Shown here: positions 23,472 through 38,170 of the stretch, piece by piece
Layout of the letters: every line of letters starts with the position of its first letter
How positions within the stretch are numbered: the stretch's first letter is position 1
NCBI GenBank assembly: GCA_963776345.1
Contig: CAVZMH010000001.1
Location: 96,001-160,000, forward strand
Origin: an uncultured delta proteobacterium
GTDB taxonomy: Bacteria > Myxococcota > Myxococcia > Myxococcales > Myxococcaceae
Direction: 5' to 3'
DNA length: 64,000 nucleotides
Translations under genes and position numbers: made by a program
The notes under the pieces: generated by a model
Told to the model about the DNA's origin: nothing
Seen by the model: only the letters and a program-made list of their open reading frames with translations
Database searches by the model: none

Positions 23472-25946
23472 TCACTGGAGCCGCAGCTCGAACGGCAGCG
23501 CGGCCTTCATCCCCGGCTCGAGCAGGAACAGCGACGGGACGCCGACCTCCCGGGCCATCCGCTGCAACGCATCGGGCTCCGGGGCGGCACGCTCGGCGCC
23601 GACGCCGAGCTGGGTGAGCACCCCGCTCTCCCCGGCGAGCGCGGCCAGCAGGCCCGTCGGGCCGCCGTAGGTGACCAGCGCCAGCTCCTCGCCCTCCGGC
23701 ACGCCCGCGCGGCGCCGCGCCTCGGCGACCGCCTCGGGGAGGCCGCCGAGCGCGTCGACCAGGCCCCGCGCCCGTGCGTCCTCTCCGGACCAGATGCGTC
23801 CGCGCGCCACCGCATCCACCTGCGCCGGGTCCATCTTCCGGCTGCGCGCCACCTCCTGGACGAAGTCGTCGTAGAACGCGTCCACCCACCGCTGCGCGGC
23901 GGCCTGCTCGGCCGGGGTCCACGGCCGGTAGAGCCCCAGGATGTCGGAGAGCGGCCCACGCTTGAGCGTCTCGACGTTCACCCCGAGCTTCTTCCCCAGC
24001 CCCTCGAGCCCCGGCTTGAGCACGAAGACGCCGATGCTCCCGGTGAGCGTGGTGGGCTCGGCGAAGACCCAGTCCGCGCCCATCGCCGCGTAGTAGCCGC
24101 CCGACGCCGCCGCCCCGCCCATCGTCGCCACCACCGGCTTCCTCGCCCGGGCGCGGAGCACGGCCCGGTACATGATGTCGGAGGCGAGCCCGTCCCCGCC
24201 GCCGCTGTCGATCCGGACCACGATCGCGGCCACACGGGGATCCGACTCGGCGTCGCGCAGCGCGCGCTCGATGGTCTCCGCGCCCGCAGACTGCGAGAAG
24301 CCGAGCGGATCGCTCCGGCTCCGTCCCCCGGTGATCGAGCCCACGATCGGCACCACCGCGATGCGCCGCGGCTCTCCCCAGCGGCGCTCCGGGGCGGCGG
24401 GCCAGTACGCGCCAACCCAGCGGCCGTCCGGCACCAGCGCCGCGCCGGCCCGGTCGAGCTGCACCGGGTCCATCACCTCGTCGGCCAGCTTCTCGCGAAC
24501 GGCCGTGCGCGGCGGCAGGAGCCCCTCCTCGAGCACCTTGCGGAAGCGCTCCACGGGGAGCCCGCGCGCCTCGGCGACCAGGCCCTCGTACCGGCGGGAC
24601 TCGACGTCGAGGAAGGCGTCGAGCGACTCGCGCTGCTCGCGGCTCATGCTCGCCCGGGTGAGCTGGTCGGGCGCGTCCTTGTACTCGCCCACCCGGGCGA
24701 CGTCCCACTTCACGCCGAGCTTCTGCATCGTCTCGCCGAGGAAGATGACGTTCGCCGAGAGCCCGTTCACGTCCAGGAAGGACTGGGGCGAGACCCAGAT
24801 GCGGTCCGCGCCGGTGGCCACCAGGTACTCCTTGTCCCCGCCCGAGAGGAGCATCGCCGCGACGCGCTTGCCGGCCTTGCGCAGCCGGATGAGCTCGGCG
24901 CGGAGCTCCTCGGCCTCGGCCATGCCGATGGGCAGCCGCTCGATCTTCACCACCAGGCCGGCGAGCGTCCGGTCCTCGGAGGCCCGCTGGAGGCGGCGGA
25001 GCAGCTTCACGTACGGGTCCTCGTCGCGGATGCCGAGCAGCCCGAGGGCCGAGCCGCCGCCGGCGAGCGCCGAGGCGAGGTCGACCAGGCCGACTCGCCC
25101 GCCGAACAGCTCGACGCCCCGGTAGCGGGAGGCGGAGACCCGGGCGGAGACCAGGTGATCGGTGCCGTCCGGACCTCCGCCGACGGCGTAGCCGACGCCG
25201 GCGTACGCGCCGTTGAGGGTGAGCGACACCTGCCAGAACCACGGCTCGCCGGCCTCGCGCCAGCTCTTGGTGACCGAGGTCCCGAGCACCACGCCGCGCA
25301 CCAGCTCGGCCTGGACCACGGCGCCCACCCGGCTCTCGCCAAGGGTGTCGAACCCCGGGAACTGCCAGTTCGCGCCCAGGGTCAGCCAGTCGCCCCAGGG
25401 CCGCACGCCAAAGGCCAGCTCCCAGGTGCGAGACTGCGCCTCGTCGCCGATGTCCTTCAGCGCGAAGCCGAGCGACAGCGTCCGGCTCGGTCGGCTGGAG
25501 AGCCCGAGGTCCCAGGTGTTCGGTCCGGGCGCGGTGCCGAGGTTCGGGGTGTAGACGTTGAAGCTGCTCCCCAGGGCCAGCCACTGGCCGCCGACGGAGG
25601 CGGTGTACGAGGTCTTGCGGTAGCCGCTGCGCTCCGAGCCGGCGTATGGCCCGCGCACCCAGTCCAGCCCGACGCCGAAGCCGAACCAGTCGAAGAAGGT
25701 GCTGCCGAAGTACAGGCCGTCCACGATCGAGTCGAGGTGGAGGTTCCGCTCGTGCTGGTAGACGAGCATCGGGCCGCCCACGAACTGGAGCCCGGCAGGG
25801 TTCACCTCCGGGGCGGTCACCTCGTCGGCGAGCGCGGCGTTGGTGGGCGGGAGCGTGGGACGGAGCTCGCCGATGGCCGAAGCCTGGGCCCGGGCGAGCG
25901 CTGGGAGGAGGAGCAGGACGAGCGCGGTGGAGCGAGTCACGCCCAC
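23472..25946 (-). CDS. sppA: Signal peptide peptidase SppA (S49) with N-terminal beta-rich domain
   Basis: GEYKDAP (Lys), RIDSGGG, AASGGYY (Ser), TGSIGV, GRIWSG; N-terminal signal peptide and ~330-aa beta-strand region with NPAGL. Confidence 0.88.
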   Translation of the reverse strand: MGVTRSTALVLLLLPALARAQASAIGELRPTLPPTNAALADEVTAPEVNPAGLQFVGGPMLVYQHERNLHLDSIVDGLYFGSTFFDWFGFGVGLDWVRGPYAGSERSGYRKTSYTASVGGQWLALGSSFNVYTPNLGTAPGPNTWDLGLSSRPSRTLSLGFALKDIGDEAQSRTWELAFGVRPWGDWLTLGANWQFPGFDTLGESRVGAVVQAELVRGVVLGTSVTKSWREAGEPWFWQVSLTLNGAYAGVGYAVGGGPDGTDHLVSARVSASRYRGVELFGGRVGLVDLASALAGGGSALGLLGIRDEDPYVKLLRRLQRASEDRTLAGLVVKIERLPIGMAEAEELRAELIRLRKAGKRVAAMLLSGGDKEYLVATGADRIWVSPQSFLDVNGLSANVIFLGETMQKLGVKWDVARVGEYKDAPDQLTRASMSREQRESLDAFLDVESRRYEGLVAEARGLPVERFRKVLEEGLLPPRTAVREKLADEVMDPVQLDRAGAALVPDGRWVGAYWPAAPERRWGEPRRIAVVPIVGSITGGRSRSDPLGFSQSAGAETIERALRDAESDPRVAAIVVRIDSGGGDGLASDIMYRAVLRARARKPVVATMGGAAASGGYYAAMGADWVFAEPTTLTGSIGVFVLKPGLEGLGKKLGVNVETLKRGPLSDILGLYRPWTPAEQAAAQRWVDAFYDDFVQEVARSRKMDPAQVDAVARGRIWSGEDARARGLVDALGGLPEAVAEARRRAGVPEGEELALVTYGGPTGLLAALAGESGVLTQLGVGAERAAPEPDALQRMAREVGVPSLFLLEPGMKAALPFELRLQ

Positions 25947-26145
25947 TGCTTGGCCCAGTCCTGCCCGCTCGGCAGCAACAAAGCGGCCGTCGGCGGCCGG
26001 CCGGACAGTTCTTCAATCGGGCTCCGTTTCTTGCCACGTGGGTCTCGGCCGTTAGGATGCTGGCGCTGCTGCAGGGCGCTACAGGGGAGAACCGCGCGGA
26101 TTTCCTCGCCTTCTTCCCAGGCAGGCGGGCGTCCGGAGCGAGGCG

Positions 26146-28512
26146 ATGGCACGACAGAACACGGCACAGAAGGCGCGGGGAAAGGCGCCCCCCGGCGGAA
26201 ACGGCGAGCTGGCCCTGGGTGGAGGCGGCGGGAACGACACGCCCGCGGCGCTCCACGAGGAGGCGCGCCGCCGGTACCTCAACTACGCGCTGAGTGTCAT
26301 CACCTCGCGCGCGCTGCCCGACGTGCGCGACGGCCTGAAGCCGGTGCAGCGGCGGATCGTCTACGGGATGTTCGCCGACTTCCGGCTGACGCCGGACGCC
26401 AAGTACCAGAAGTGCGCCGAGGTCGTGGGCCAGATCATGGGCCGCTACCACCCGCACGGCGACCAGGCCATCTACGACGCGATGGTCCGGATGGCCCAGG
26501 ACTTCTCGCTGCGCTACCCGCTGGTGGACGGCCACGGCAACTTCGGCTCGCTCGACGGCGACTCGGCCGCCGCGTACCGGTACACCGAGTGCCGCATGAC
26601 GGAGCTGGCGACGGACCTGGTGCGTGAGATCGCCAGCGAGACCGTCCCCTTCCGGCCCAACTACACCGGGACGCGGACCGAGCCGGTCGTTCTCCCGGCG
26701 CTGGCCCCGCAGCTCCTGATGAACGGCACCACCGGCATCGCGGTGGGGATGGCCACCAACATCCCGCCACACAACGTCGGCGAGCTGTGTGATGCGCTCA
26801 CTGCGCTGATCAAGGACCCGAAGCTCGAGACCAAGGACCTCCTCAAGTTCGTGAAGGGCCCGGATTTCCCCACCGGGGCCCAGGTGCTGAACACGAAGAA
26901 GGAGCTCCGGGAGATCTACGAGACGGGTCAGGGAGGGATCCGGGTCCGCGGCGAGTGGAAGCTGGAGCAGCTCCCCCGCGGCGGGCAGCAGATCGTCATC
27001 ACCTCCATCCCCTACGCGGTGAACAAGTCGAGCCTGGTGGCGAAGATCGGCGACCTGGTGCGGGAGCGGAAGCTGGCCCCGCTCACCGACGTGCGCGACG
27101 AGAGCACCGCCGACGTGCGGATCGTCCTGGAGCTCAAGCGGGACGCGGGCGCCGAGATGGTCATGGCGTACCTCTTCAAGCACACCCCGCTCCAGACCAA
27201 CTTCAACGTCAACATGACCGCCCTGGTCCCCGGCGAGGATCCGGAGGTCGGCACCCCCGAGCGGCTGGACCTCAAGGCGATGCTCCAGCACTTCCTGGAC
27301 TTCCGCTTCGAGGTGGTCACCAAGCGGCACGAGTTCGAGCTCGCCCAGGTCAAGAAGCGACTCCACGTTCTCGAGGGTTTCGAGAAGGTCTACGACGCGC
27401 TCGACGAGATGATCCGCATCATCCGCAAGTCCGACGGCAAGCAGGACGCCGCCGGCAAGCTGATGAAGCGCTTCGAGCTGGACGCCGAGCAGGTGGAGGC
27501 GATTCTCGAATTGAAGCTCTACAAGCTGGCCCGGCTGGAGATCCTGGTCATCCAGAAGGAGGCCAAGGAGAAGCGGGCCGAGGCGGCGCGGCTCGCCGGC
27601 GTGCTCAAGGACCCGCGCAAGCGCTGGGCGGTGGTCCAGGACGAGCTCGGGCAGGTGAGGGCCAAGTACGCCGACGCACGGCGGACCAGGCTCGGCGGCG
27701 GCGGCGACGACGTGGAGTACTCGGAGGAGGCGTTCATCGCCGACGAGGACGCCCACGTGGTCCTCACCCGCGACGGCTGGGTCAAGCGGGTGCGGGAGAT
27801 GAAGGACCCGAGCACCACCCGGCTCCGCGAGGGCGACGAGGTGATGGCGGTCCTCGCCGGCTCGCTCAAGAGCAACCTGGTGTTCTTCTCCAATTTCGGC
27901 TCGGCGTACGTGACCCGCTTCAACGACGTGCCGGCGTCCACCGGATACGGGGACCCGATCCAGAAGCTCTTCAAGTTCGACGACGGCGAGCGGGTGGTCG
28001 GAGCGCTCTCGCTCGACCCGCGGCTGCCCCGGCCCGAGTTGCTGCTGGGCGTCAGCCGGCGCGGATACGGGTTGCGCTTCCCGCTCGCCCCGCACACCGA
28101 GGCCTCCACCCGCTCGGGCCGCCGCTACGCCCGGCCGGGCGAGGGCGACGAGCTCCTGGGCGTGATGCCGGTGGGCAACCGCGACCTCCTGGCGGTGGTG
28201 ACCGAGCACGCCCGGGCGCTGGTGACCAAGGCGAACGAGGTGAACGAGCTCGCCGGGCCAGGACGCGGGGTGACGGTGATCAAGGTCGAGCCCGAGGACC
28301 GGGTGCTGGCCTTCCTCTGCACCACGGACAAGGAGGCCCGGCTGGAGCTCGAGACCTCGAAGGGCAGGAAGCTGGTGCTCTCGCCGGTCAAGTACGAGGT
28401 GAGTGCCCGCGGTGGCCGCGGCCGCGAGATGGCCCGGAAGGAGACGGTGAAGCTGTTGCCTGGGCCGCTCGAGTGGACGCCGCTGCCCGAAGAGAAGAAG
28501 GAGGACCGCTGA
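26146..28512 (+). CDS. parC: Type IIA topoisomerase subunit A (topoisomerase IV-like)
   Basis: [48 protein letters not shown]; short CTD without a canonical GyrA-box at its start. Confidence 0.8.
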   Translation: MARQNTAQKARGKAPPGGNGELALGGGGGNDTPAALHEEARRRYLNYALSVITSRALPDVRDGLKPVQRRIVYGMFADFRLTPDAKYQKCAEVVGQIMGRYHPHGDQAIYDAMVRMAQDFSLRYPLVDGHGNFGSLDGDSAAAYRYTECRMTELATDLVREIASETVPFRPNYTGTRTEPVVLPALAPQLLMNGTTGIAVGMATNIPPHNVGELCDALTALIKDPKLETKDLLKFVKGPDFPTGAQVLNTKKELREIYETGQGGIRVRGEWKLEQLPRGGQQIVITSIPYAVNKSSLVAKIGDLVRERKLAPLTDVRDESTADVRIVLELKRDAGAEMVMAYLFKHTPLQTNFNVNMTALVPGEDPEVGTPERLDLKAMLQHFLDFRFEVVTKRHEFELAQVKKRLHVLEGFEKVYDALDEMIRIIRKSDGKQDAAGKLMKRFELDAEQVEAILELKLYKLARLEILVIQKEAKEKRAEAARLAGVLKDPRKRWAVVQDELGQVRAKYADARRTRLGGGGDDVEYSEEAFIADEDAHVVLTRDGWVKRVREMKDPSTTRLREGDEVMAVLAGSLKSNLVFFSNFGSAYVTRFNDVPASTGYGDPIQKLFKFDDGERVVGALSLDPRLPRPELLLGVSRRGYGLRFPLAPHTEASTRSGRRYARPGEGDELLGVMPVGNRDLLAVVTEHARALVTKANEVNELAGPGRGVTVIKVEPEDRVLAFLCTTDKEARLELETSKGRKLVLSPVKYEVSARGGRGREMARKETVKLLPGPLEWTPLPEEKKEDR

Positions 28513-28513
28513 G

Positions 28514-30462
<1,949 letters not shown>

Positions 30463-30466
<4 letters not shown>

Positions 30467-30927
30467 GCGGCGAGCGGCTGGCCTTCGTCGGCGTCGACGG
30501 GCCCGAGTACGCCCAGGAGCGAGATCTGAGGTGGCGCGTGCTCCGGAGGCCGCTCGGGCACGGGCGCGACGCGGTGGCCTTCCCCTTCGAGGCAGAGAGC
30601 CTTCATCTGCTGGCGCTCGACGGCGGCCGGGTCGTGGGCTGCGTCCTGTTCCATCCGGAGGGGCCGGAGAGCGGGCGGTTGTTCCAGATGGCGGTGGAGC
30701 CGGAGCGGCAGGGCAGCGGGCTCGGGACGCGGCTGGTCCGGGCGCTGGAGCAGGAGGTCGCCGCCCGAGGGTTCCGGGAGATCACCCTGCACGCGCGGGA
30801 CGCCGCGGTCGGCTTCTACGCGCGGCTGGGGTACGTGACGTTCGGCGGGCCGTACGTCGAGGTGGGCGTCCCGCATCAGAACATGCGGCGTTCTCTGCGC
30901 TCGGCACCCGACCTCGCAGGGAAGTAG
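30463..30927 (+). CDS. GNAT family N-acetyltransferase (ElaA-like)
   Basis: [46 protein letters not shown]; apparent CTG start overlapping the parE stop. Confidence 0.8.
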
Positions 30928-31003
30928 CGGCGTGCGGTCGACGCGCTGGCGGCCCGCTTCGGGGGCTCGCGCCGGCGCCCCTGGCGAGGCTAGATCTCGG
31001 AGC

Positions 31004-32758
31004 GTGGTGAACTTCCTCGACACCGTGATCTCGGGCGGGACGGTCTTCGACGGGCGGGGCGGTCCCGGCCTGCGCGCCGACGTCGGCATCAAGGACGGGG
31101 AGATCGTCGTCCTGAGCGAGAGCCCGCTCCCGATCGACCCCGGGACGACGCGCATCGACGCGACCGGCCGGTGGGTGACGCCGGGCTTCATCGACTTCCA
31201 CACCCACTACGATGCCGAGGTCGAGCTCGCGCCAGGCCTGGTCGAGTCGGTGCGTCACGGCGTCACGACCGTCTCGATGGGGAGCTGCTCGCTCGGACTC
31301 GCGCCGGGGACGCCCGAGGACCTGGCGGACATGTTCTGCCGGGTGGAGGCCATCCCCTACGACGCCGTCCGCGCCCTGCTCGAGGAGCGCAAGGACTGGG
31401 AGACGCTCGAGGACTACCTGCACCACCTCGGCGAGCTGCCGCTCGGGCCGAACGTGACGTCATTCGTGGGCCACTCGGCCATCCGCGCGCACGTGATGGG
31501 CATCGAGCGGAGCCTCACCCGGGGCGAGCGCCCCACCGCTGACGAGCTCGCCCGGATGGAGGGCCTGCTCCGGGACGGGCTCGACGCCGGCTACCTCGGC
31601 CTCAGCATCCAGACGCTGCCCTGGGACAAGATGGGTGGCTCGCGCGACCTCCGGAGCCGGCCGCTCCCCAGCACCTACGCACGGTGGAGCGAGTACCGCC
31701 GGCTGACGCGCCTCCTCCGCGAGCGCGGCCGCGTCTTCCAGGGCGTCCCCAACGTCACCACCAAGGTGAACGTGCTGCTCTTCATGCTGGAGAGCGTGGG
31801 GCTCTTCCGCCGCGCGCTGAAGACCACCGTCATCTCGATGATGGACGCCCGCGCGACGCGCGGGCTGCACCGGATCATCGGCGTGCTCTCGCGCGGCGTG
31901 AACCGGCTGCTCGGCGGCGACTTCCGGTGGCAGGCGCTGCCCGAGGTGTTCGACCTCTGGGCGGATGGGATCGACCTGGTGGTCTTCGAGGAGTTCGGCG
32001 CCGGTGCGGCGGCGCTCCACCTCCAGGACGCGGCCGAGCGGCGGCGGCTCCTGACCGACCAGGGCTACCGCGCGCGCTTCCGGCGCGAGTGGACCAGCAA
32101 GCTGCTCCCCAAGGTGTTCCACCGCGACTTCAACCAGTCGGAGATCCTGCGCGCGCCCGACCCGGCGCTGGTCGGCAAGTCGTTCGCCACGGTCGCGCGC
32201 GAGCGGGGGCAGGACGTGGTCGACGTCTTCCTCGACCTGGTCGCCCAGCACGGCCCCGCGCTCCGCTGGTACACGGTGATGGCCAACGACCGCCCGCGCG
32301 AGGTCGAGCGCATCGTCGCCCACCCGGACGTCCTGATTGGCTTCTCGGACGCGGGCGCGCACCTGCGCAACATGGCGCACTACAACTTCCCGCTCCGGAT
32401 GCTGCGGGTGGTGCGCGATGCCGAGAGGGCGGGACGTCCGCTCATGACCCCCGGGCAGGCGGTGCGCCGGCTCACCGGAGAGATCGCCGAGTGGTTCGGC
32501 ATCGACGCAGGCGTCCTCGCGGCGGGGAGGCGGGCCGATCTCGTGGTGCTCGACCCGGAACGCCTCGGGTCCGAGCTCGACGTGCCCGTCGAGGCGCCGA
32601 TGCCCGAGTTCGGCGGATTCGTCCGGCTGGTCAGCCAGAACGGCGGCGCGGTGTCGGACGTGCTCGTCCGCGGGCGCGCGGCCATCCGGGACGGGCGGCC
32701 CACGGACGAGCTGGGCCGGGCGCACGGCCTCGGCCAGGTCCTCCGGGCGAGCGCCTGA
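31004..32758 (+). CDS. N-acyl-D-amino-acid deacylase family amidohydrolase
   Basis: VISGGTVFDG, ADVGIKDG, PGFIDFHTHYD, HGVTT, SDAGAH, GRRADLVVLDP. Confidence 0.85.
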   Translation: MVNFLDTVISGGTVFDGRGGPGLRADVGIKDGEIVVLSESPLPIDPGTTRIDATGRWVTPGFIDFHTHYDAEVELAPGLVESVRHGVTTVSMGSCSLGLAPGTPEDLADMFCRVEAIPYDAVRALLEERKDWETLEDYLHHLGELPLGPNVTSFVGHSAIRAHVMGIERSLTRGERPTADELARMEGLLRDGLDAGYLGLSIQTLPWDKMGGSRDLRSRPLPSTYARWSEYRRLTRLLRERGRVFQGVPNVTTKVNVLLFMLESVGLFRRALKTTVISMMDARATRGLHRIIGVLSRGVNRLLGGDFRWQALPEVFDLWADGIDLVVFEEFGAGAAALHLQDAAERRRLLTDQGYRARFRREWTSKLLPKVFHRDFNQSEILRAPDPALVGKSFATVARERGQDVVDVFLDLVAQHGPALRWYTVMANDRPREVERIVAHPDVLIGFSDAGAHLRNMAHYNFPLRMLRVVRDAERAGRPLMTPGQAVRRLTGEIAEWFGIDAGVLAAGRRADLVVLDPERLGSELDVPVEAPMPEFGGFVRLVSQNGGAVSDVLVRGRAAIRDGRPTDELGRAHGLGQVLRASA

Positions 32759-32866
32759 CGCGGAGCGAGACGCGGCTGGACGCCCTGCACGACGCCACGC
32801 GTCGTTGCGCCGCGGGGGCGGAGCCGATACCCGGGGCAGGCGCGTCGCCCGCAGGAGGTTCCGAAG

Positions 32867-33334
32867 ATGGCTCCCCGTCCGCCCGTTCCCCCCTTCACCC
32901 TCCAGACCGCGACCGCGAAGGTGCGCGCCGCCGAGGACGCCTGGAACACCCGTGACCCGGAACGGGTCGCCGGCGCCTACACGCCCGACAGCCGCTGGCG
33001 GAACCGCGCCGAGTTCTTCCAGGGACGCGAGGCCATCGTGGCCTTCCTCCGCCGGAAGTGGGCGCGCGAGCTCGAGTACCGGCTGATCAAGGAGCTGTGG
33101 GCGTTCCACGAGAACCGCATCGCGGTGCGGTTCGTCTACGAGTACCGCGACGACTCGGACAACTGGTTCCGGGCCCACGGCAACGAGCAGTGGGAGTTCG
33201 ACGCCGAGGGGTACATGCGCCGTCGCGAGGCCAGCATCAACGATGTGGCGATCCGCACCGAGGACCGGAAGTTCCGCTGGCCCCAGGGCCCGAGGCCGGC
33301 CGATCACCCTGGCCTCACCGACCTCGGCCTCTGA
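32867..33334 (+). CDS. DUF1348 / SnoaL-NTF2-like protein
   Basis: [51 protein letters not shown]. Confidence 0.88.
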   Translation: MAPRPPVPPFTLQTATAKVRAAEDAWNTRDPERVAGAYTPDSRWRNRAEFFQGREAIVAFLRRKWARELEYRLIKELWAFHENRIAVRFVYEYRDDSDNWFRAHGNEQWEFDAEGYMRRREASINDVAIRTEDRKFRWPQGPRPADHPGLTDLGL

Positions 33335-33427
33335 GGCCCCGGCGGCACGCTGCAACCAGGCCTGGCCTGGAAGGCGCGCCCCCTCCCGTGGTGGCACAAT
33401 GGCTCCCCGGAGGTCGTCGGTCGGTCC

Positions 33428-34087
33428 ATGCCTGCTCAGCTCTTCCTGCACCAGCTCCAGCTCGGGCCGATGCAGAACTTCGTCTACCTGGTGGGCACCG
33501 AGGGTCAGCGCGACGTGGCGGTCGTCGACCCGGCCTGGGACGTGGGCGCCATCGAGAAGACCTGCACGCTCCACGGGAAGCGGCTCTGCGGCATCGTGCT
33601 CACCCACTCCCACAAGGACCACACCAACGGGGTGGGGGAGCTCCTCGGCAGCCGCGACCTCCCGGTCTACGTGCAGAAGAGCGAGCTCGACTTCTCCGAC
33701 GACCTGAGGGCGTTCACCGGCGCGCTCCGGCCGCTCGGACCCGGTGACTCGGTCCCGCTCGGGGGAGTGACCGCGAAGGTCATCCACACGCCCGGCCACA
33801 CCCCGGGCTCGCAGTGCCTCTACGCGGGGGACGCGCTCCTGTCCGGCGACACGCTCTTCGTCAACGGCTGTGGGCGGTGCGATCTGCGCGGCGGCGACCC
33901 GGGACAGATGTACGGGACGCTGTACCAGACGCTGCGCAAGCTGCCCGGCGCGACCCGGCTCTTCCCCGGTCACGACTACGGCGACGTCCAGGTCTCCTCG
34001 CTGAACCGGGAGGCGTCCCGGAATCCCTATTTTCAGTTCAAGGACTCGGCGTCGTTCGTCGCATACCGGATGCGGCCGCGGACCTGA
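33428..34087 (+). CDS. MBL-fold metallo-hydrolase (glyoxalase II-like)
   Basis: THSHKDH, HTPGHTPG, SGDTLF..GCGR, PGHDY. Confidence 0.88.
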   Translation: MPAQLFLHQLQLGPMQNFVYLVGTEGQRDVAVVDPAWDVGAIEKTCTLHGKRLCGIVLTHSHKDHTNGVGELLGSRDLPVYVQKSELDFSDDLRAFTGALRPLGPGDSVPLGGVTAKVIHTPGHTPGSQCLYAGDALLSGDTLFVNGCGRCDLRGGDPGQMYGTLYQTLRKLPGATRLFPGHDYGDVQVSSLNREASRNPYFQFKDSASFVAYRMRPRT

Positions 34088-34826
34088 CCGCCTCGAGCGC
34101 GTCGACCGGAGCCGGCGCCGCGCGACGAAGAGAGAACGACGTGGCCAGGGCCAGCACCGCCACCGAGGCGGCCGACCAGAGCAGGGACCAGACGAGCGCC
34201 GGCACGTGGGTCTGCGCGGCCAGGAGCAGCGCGTCGCTCGGCCCTCCACCGCGCGGGCTCCAGAGGTCGTCTCGGAGATCGAACAACGCGTAGAGGCCGG
34301 TGAACACGGCGACGACCATCACCAGCGCTCGGACCCCACCCGCTGGCAGCATCCGCGCGAGCACCAGCAGCACCGCGCCCATCACCAGGCAATACCCGAG
34401 GGTGAACGCGTTCCCGGCGTAGACCAGCCCCATCGCCGTCACCCACACGCCCATCGCGTAGAGCACCGCCCGGTGCAGGCGGAGGCGGAAGGCGAGCACC
34501 AGCTGGAGCGCGCCGGACACGGCGCTCCCCAGGTAGCCGGCGGAGTACACGGCGATCTGCGGGAGCCATCCCCCGGGCAGCGACGAGAGGCACTGCCCGG
34601 ACTCGTCCGCGCCCACCAGGACCCGCTCCACCCGGCCTCCGAAGAGCAGCGTCGCCAGAGCGTGCCCCGTCTCGTGCACCAGGACGACCAGGAGCCGGAG
34701 CGGCGCCAGCCAGGGAGCGTTCCAGGCCCAGAGGCCGGCAAGCAGCAGGACTGCCAGGATGGCGAGCCGCCAGGCATCGAGGCCGGGACGCGGGCGCAGG
34801 GAGGTGGGCACGGGCGGGTCCACCAT
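34038..34826 (-). CDS. M50-family membrane metallopeptidase (M50B-like)
   Basis: VHETGHALA, SAGYLGS, late SDA motif, multiple TM segments. Confidence 0.8.
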   Translation of the reverse strand: MVDPPVPTSLRPRPGLDAWRLAILAVLLLAGLWAWNAPWLAPLRLLVVLVHETGHALATLLFGGRVERVLVGADESGQCLSSLPGGWLPQIAVYSAGYLGSAVSGALQLVLAFRLRLHRAVLYAMGVWVTAMGLVYAGNAFTLGYCLVMGAVLLVLARMLPAGGVRALVMVVAVFTGLYALFDLRDDLWSPRGGGPSDALLLAAQTHVPALVWSLLWSAASVAVLALATSFSLRRAAPAPVDALEAVRSAAASGMRRTTPSP

Positions 34827-34913
34827 CCTGGACGCTCGAGGCCCCCGCTCTATTTCAACGGTGGTCCAGTTGCGCCTGGAGGCCTGCGGCGAGCCCTCTC
34901 CGGGACAGGGGGG

Positions 34914-36578
<1,665 letters not shown>

Positions 36579-36647
36579 CGAACGGCCCCCCCGTACGTGA
36601 GGGCCAAACTAACAGCGGGGTGCCCCGGAGTCCAACGGGGGCGGACG

Positions 36648-37604
36648 TCAGCGGCCCGGTCTCAGGCTCGGCTTTCCGAGATAGCCGGTGAGCTTCGCGT
36701 TGCGGTACGCCGAGTCGGCCGGATCGACCGGGAGCTGGGTGAAGCCCGCGGCGATCATCCCCATGCGCCGGAGGAAGTCGGCCGTGGGGCGTATGCGGAG
36801 CACGATGTCCGGCTCGAAGTAGGGCAGCGCCCGGGCGAGCCGCAGCGTCCCCGACGCCTGGATGTCCAGCTCGGGGCCCTCGATCCGGAGCGCCTTCAGA
36901 GTGCCGGTGCCCCGCTCGATGGGAAGCTCGGCGTCGAGCTTCCCGAAGTTGACCGGTGGCAGATCCACCGGAGTCATCTGGCCCATCAGGGGCACGGTCA
37001 CCGTCCCCCCCTTCACTTCCAGGCCGCTGCCGGAGAGCCGCAGCCTGCCGGAGGCGTGCGAGAGGTCGGGCTGGCCACTCCCCGGGCCGCTGGTGGGGAT
37101 GTCGAGCGACAGCTCTCCGTCGAGCGTGCCCACCGCGTCCACGCCGGTGAGCGCGGCCACCCCGGCCTTGCTCAGCGACAGGTGGTCGAAGTGCACCCGC
37201 AGCCGCGGGGCGCTGCCGGCGCCGATGGCCCCGCCCGCATCGCCGCCGAAGAGAGATGCCGAGAAGCCCACCCCCCAGGGGAAGATCGAGGGCCGCAGCG
37301 TCAGCCGGTCCACCCGCACCGTCTGATCCGGCGGCCCGAGCCCGTCGGGCCGCTGCCCCACCCGCACGCCCCGGGCGCTCACCCCGAGGAACGCCGGGCC
37401 CATCGAATCGATGCGCACCCAGAGCCCGGCGGCGTCCGCCTCGGCGGCGATCCGGGCCCGGACCGCGTCGTACGGGAAGGTGAGCGCGAGGAAGAGCGAG
37501 AAGAGGAACACCCCCACGCCTACCCAGGCCGCGGTGCGCTGCCAGCCGACGAGCGGTGGCGTCCTCCAGGCGCGCAAGCGCTCGGTCAGCTCGGTGAGCT
37601 GCAT
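36648..37604 (-). CDS. gspN: Type II secretion protein N (deltaproteobacterial type)
   Basis: N-terminal TM then TFPYD, beta-rich body; last gene of the gsp operon. Confidence 0.75.
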   Translation of the reverse strand: MQLTELTERLRAWRTPPLVGWQRTAAWVGVGVFLFSLFLALTFPYDAVRARIAAEADAAGLWVRIDSMGPAFLGVSARGVRVGQRPDGLGPPDQTVRVDRLTLRPSIFPWGVGFSASLFGGDAGGAIGAGSAPRLRVHFDHLSLSKAGVAALTGVDAVGTLDGELSLDIPTSGPGSGQPDLSHASGRLRLSGSGLEVKGGTVTVPLMGQMTPVDLPPVNFGKLDAELPIERGTGTLKALRIEGPELDIQASGTLRLARALPYFEPDIVLRIRPTADFLRRMGMIAAGFTQLPVDPADSAYRNAKLTGYLGKPSLRPGR

Positions 37605-38170
37605 CAGGGCGCCGCCTTCAGCCGGTACGCGGTGACCGTGGTCCAGGCGGTGAGCACACCGTCCTTGGGCCTCGGCTCGATGCGCAGGAAGGTGACCCGC
37701 ACCACGCCCGGACCCTGCTCCAGCGAACCGAGGAAGTCCACCAGCCTGGGGAGGGCAACGTCGGTGAGCGTGAGCTCCACGCTGTTCTCGACGATGCGTC
37801 CGTCGCCGACCGGGATCTCGCCCTTGGGGTTGAGCGAGGGGATCTCCAGACCCACCTGCTTCCCCTTCTCCGCCACGTAGGTGATGAGGCTCACCTCGCT
37901 GGCGGTGAGTGCCGCCTCCGCCTGCTTTCGGACACGCTCGGCCTCGGCGTACCCGGCGGCGAGCTGCTCGGCCTCGGCGAGGCGCTGCAGCTTGCTCTGG
38001 GTGCGGCGCCGGGTGGCGTCGGCCGAGGAGGAGAGAAGGAAGAGCACCAGGAAGGTCACCACCACCAGGGTGGCCCCGCCGGCGGCGCTCACCATCACCC
38101 GCTCGCGCGCGCTGAGCTTCAGGTACCAGGCCTGGAGGTCGCCCCAGAGAAGCCTGAGCCGCTCCATCAT
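37604..38170 (-). CDS. gspM: Type II secretion protein M
   Basis: LSARERVMV + TM, coiled coil, LVDFLGSLE; position after gspL. Confidence 0.8.
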   Translation of the reverse strand: MMERLRLLWGDLQAWYLKLSARERVMVSAAGGATLVVVTFLVLFLLSSSADATRRRTQSKLQRLAEAEQLAAGYAEAERVRKQAEAALTASEVSLITYVAEKGKQVGLEIPSLNPKGEIPVGDGRIVENSVELTLTDVALPRLVDFLGSLEQGPGVVRVTFLRIEPRPKDGVLTAWTTVTAYRLKAAP

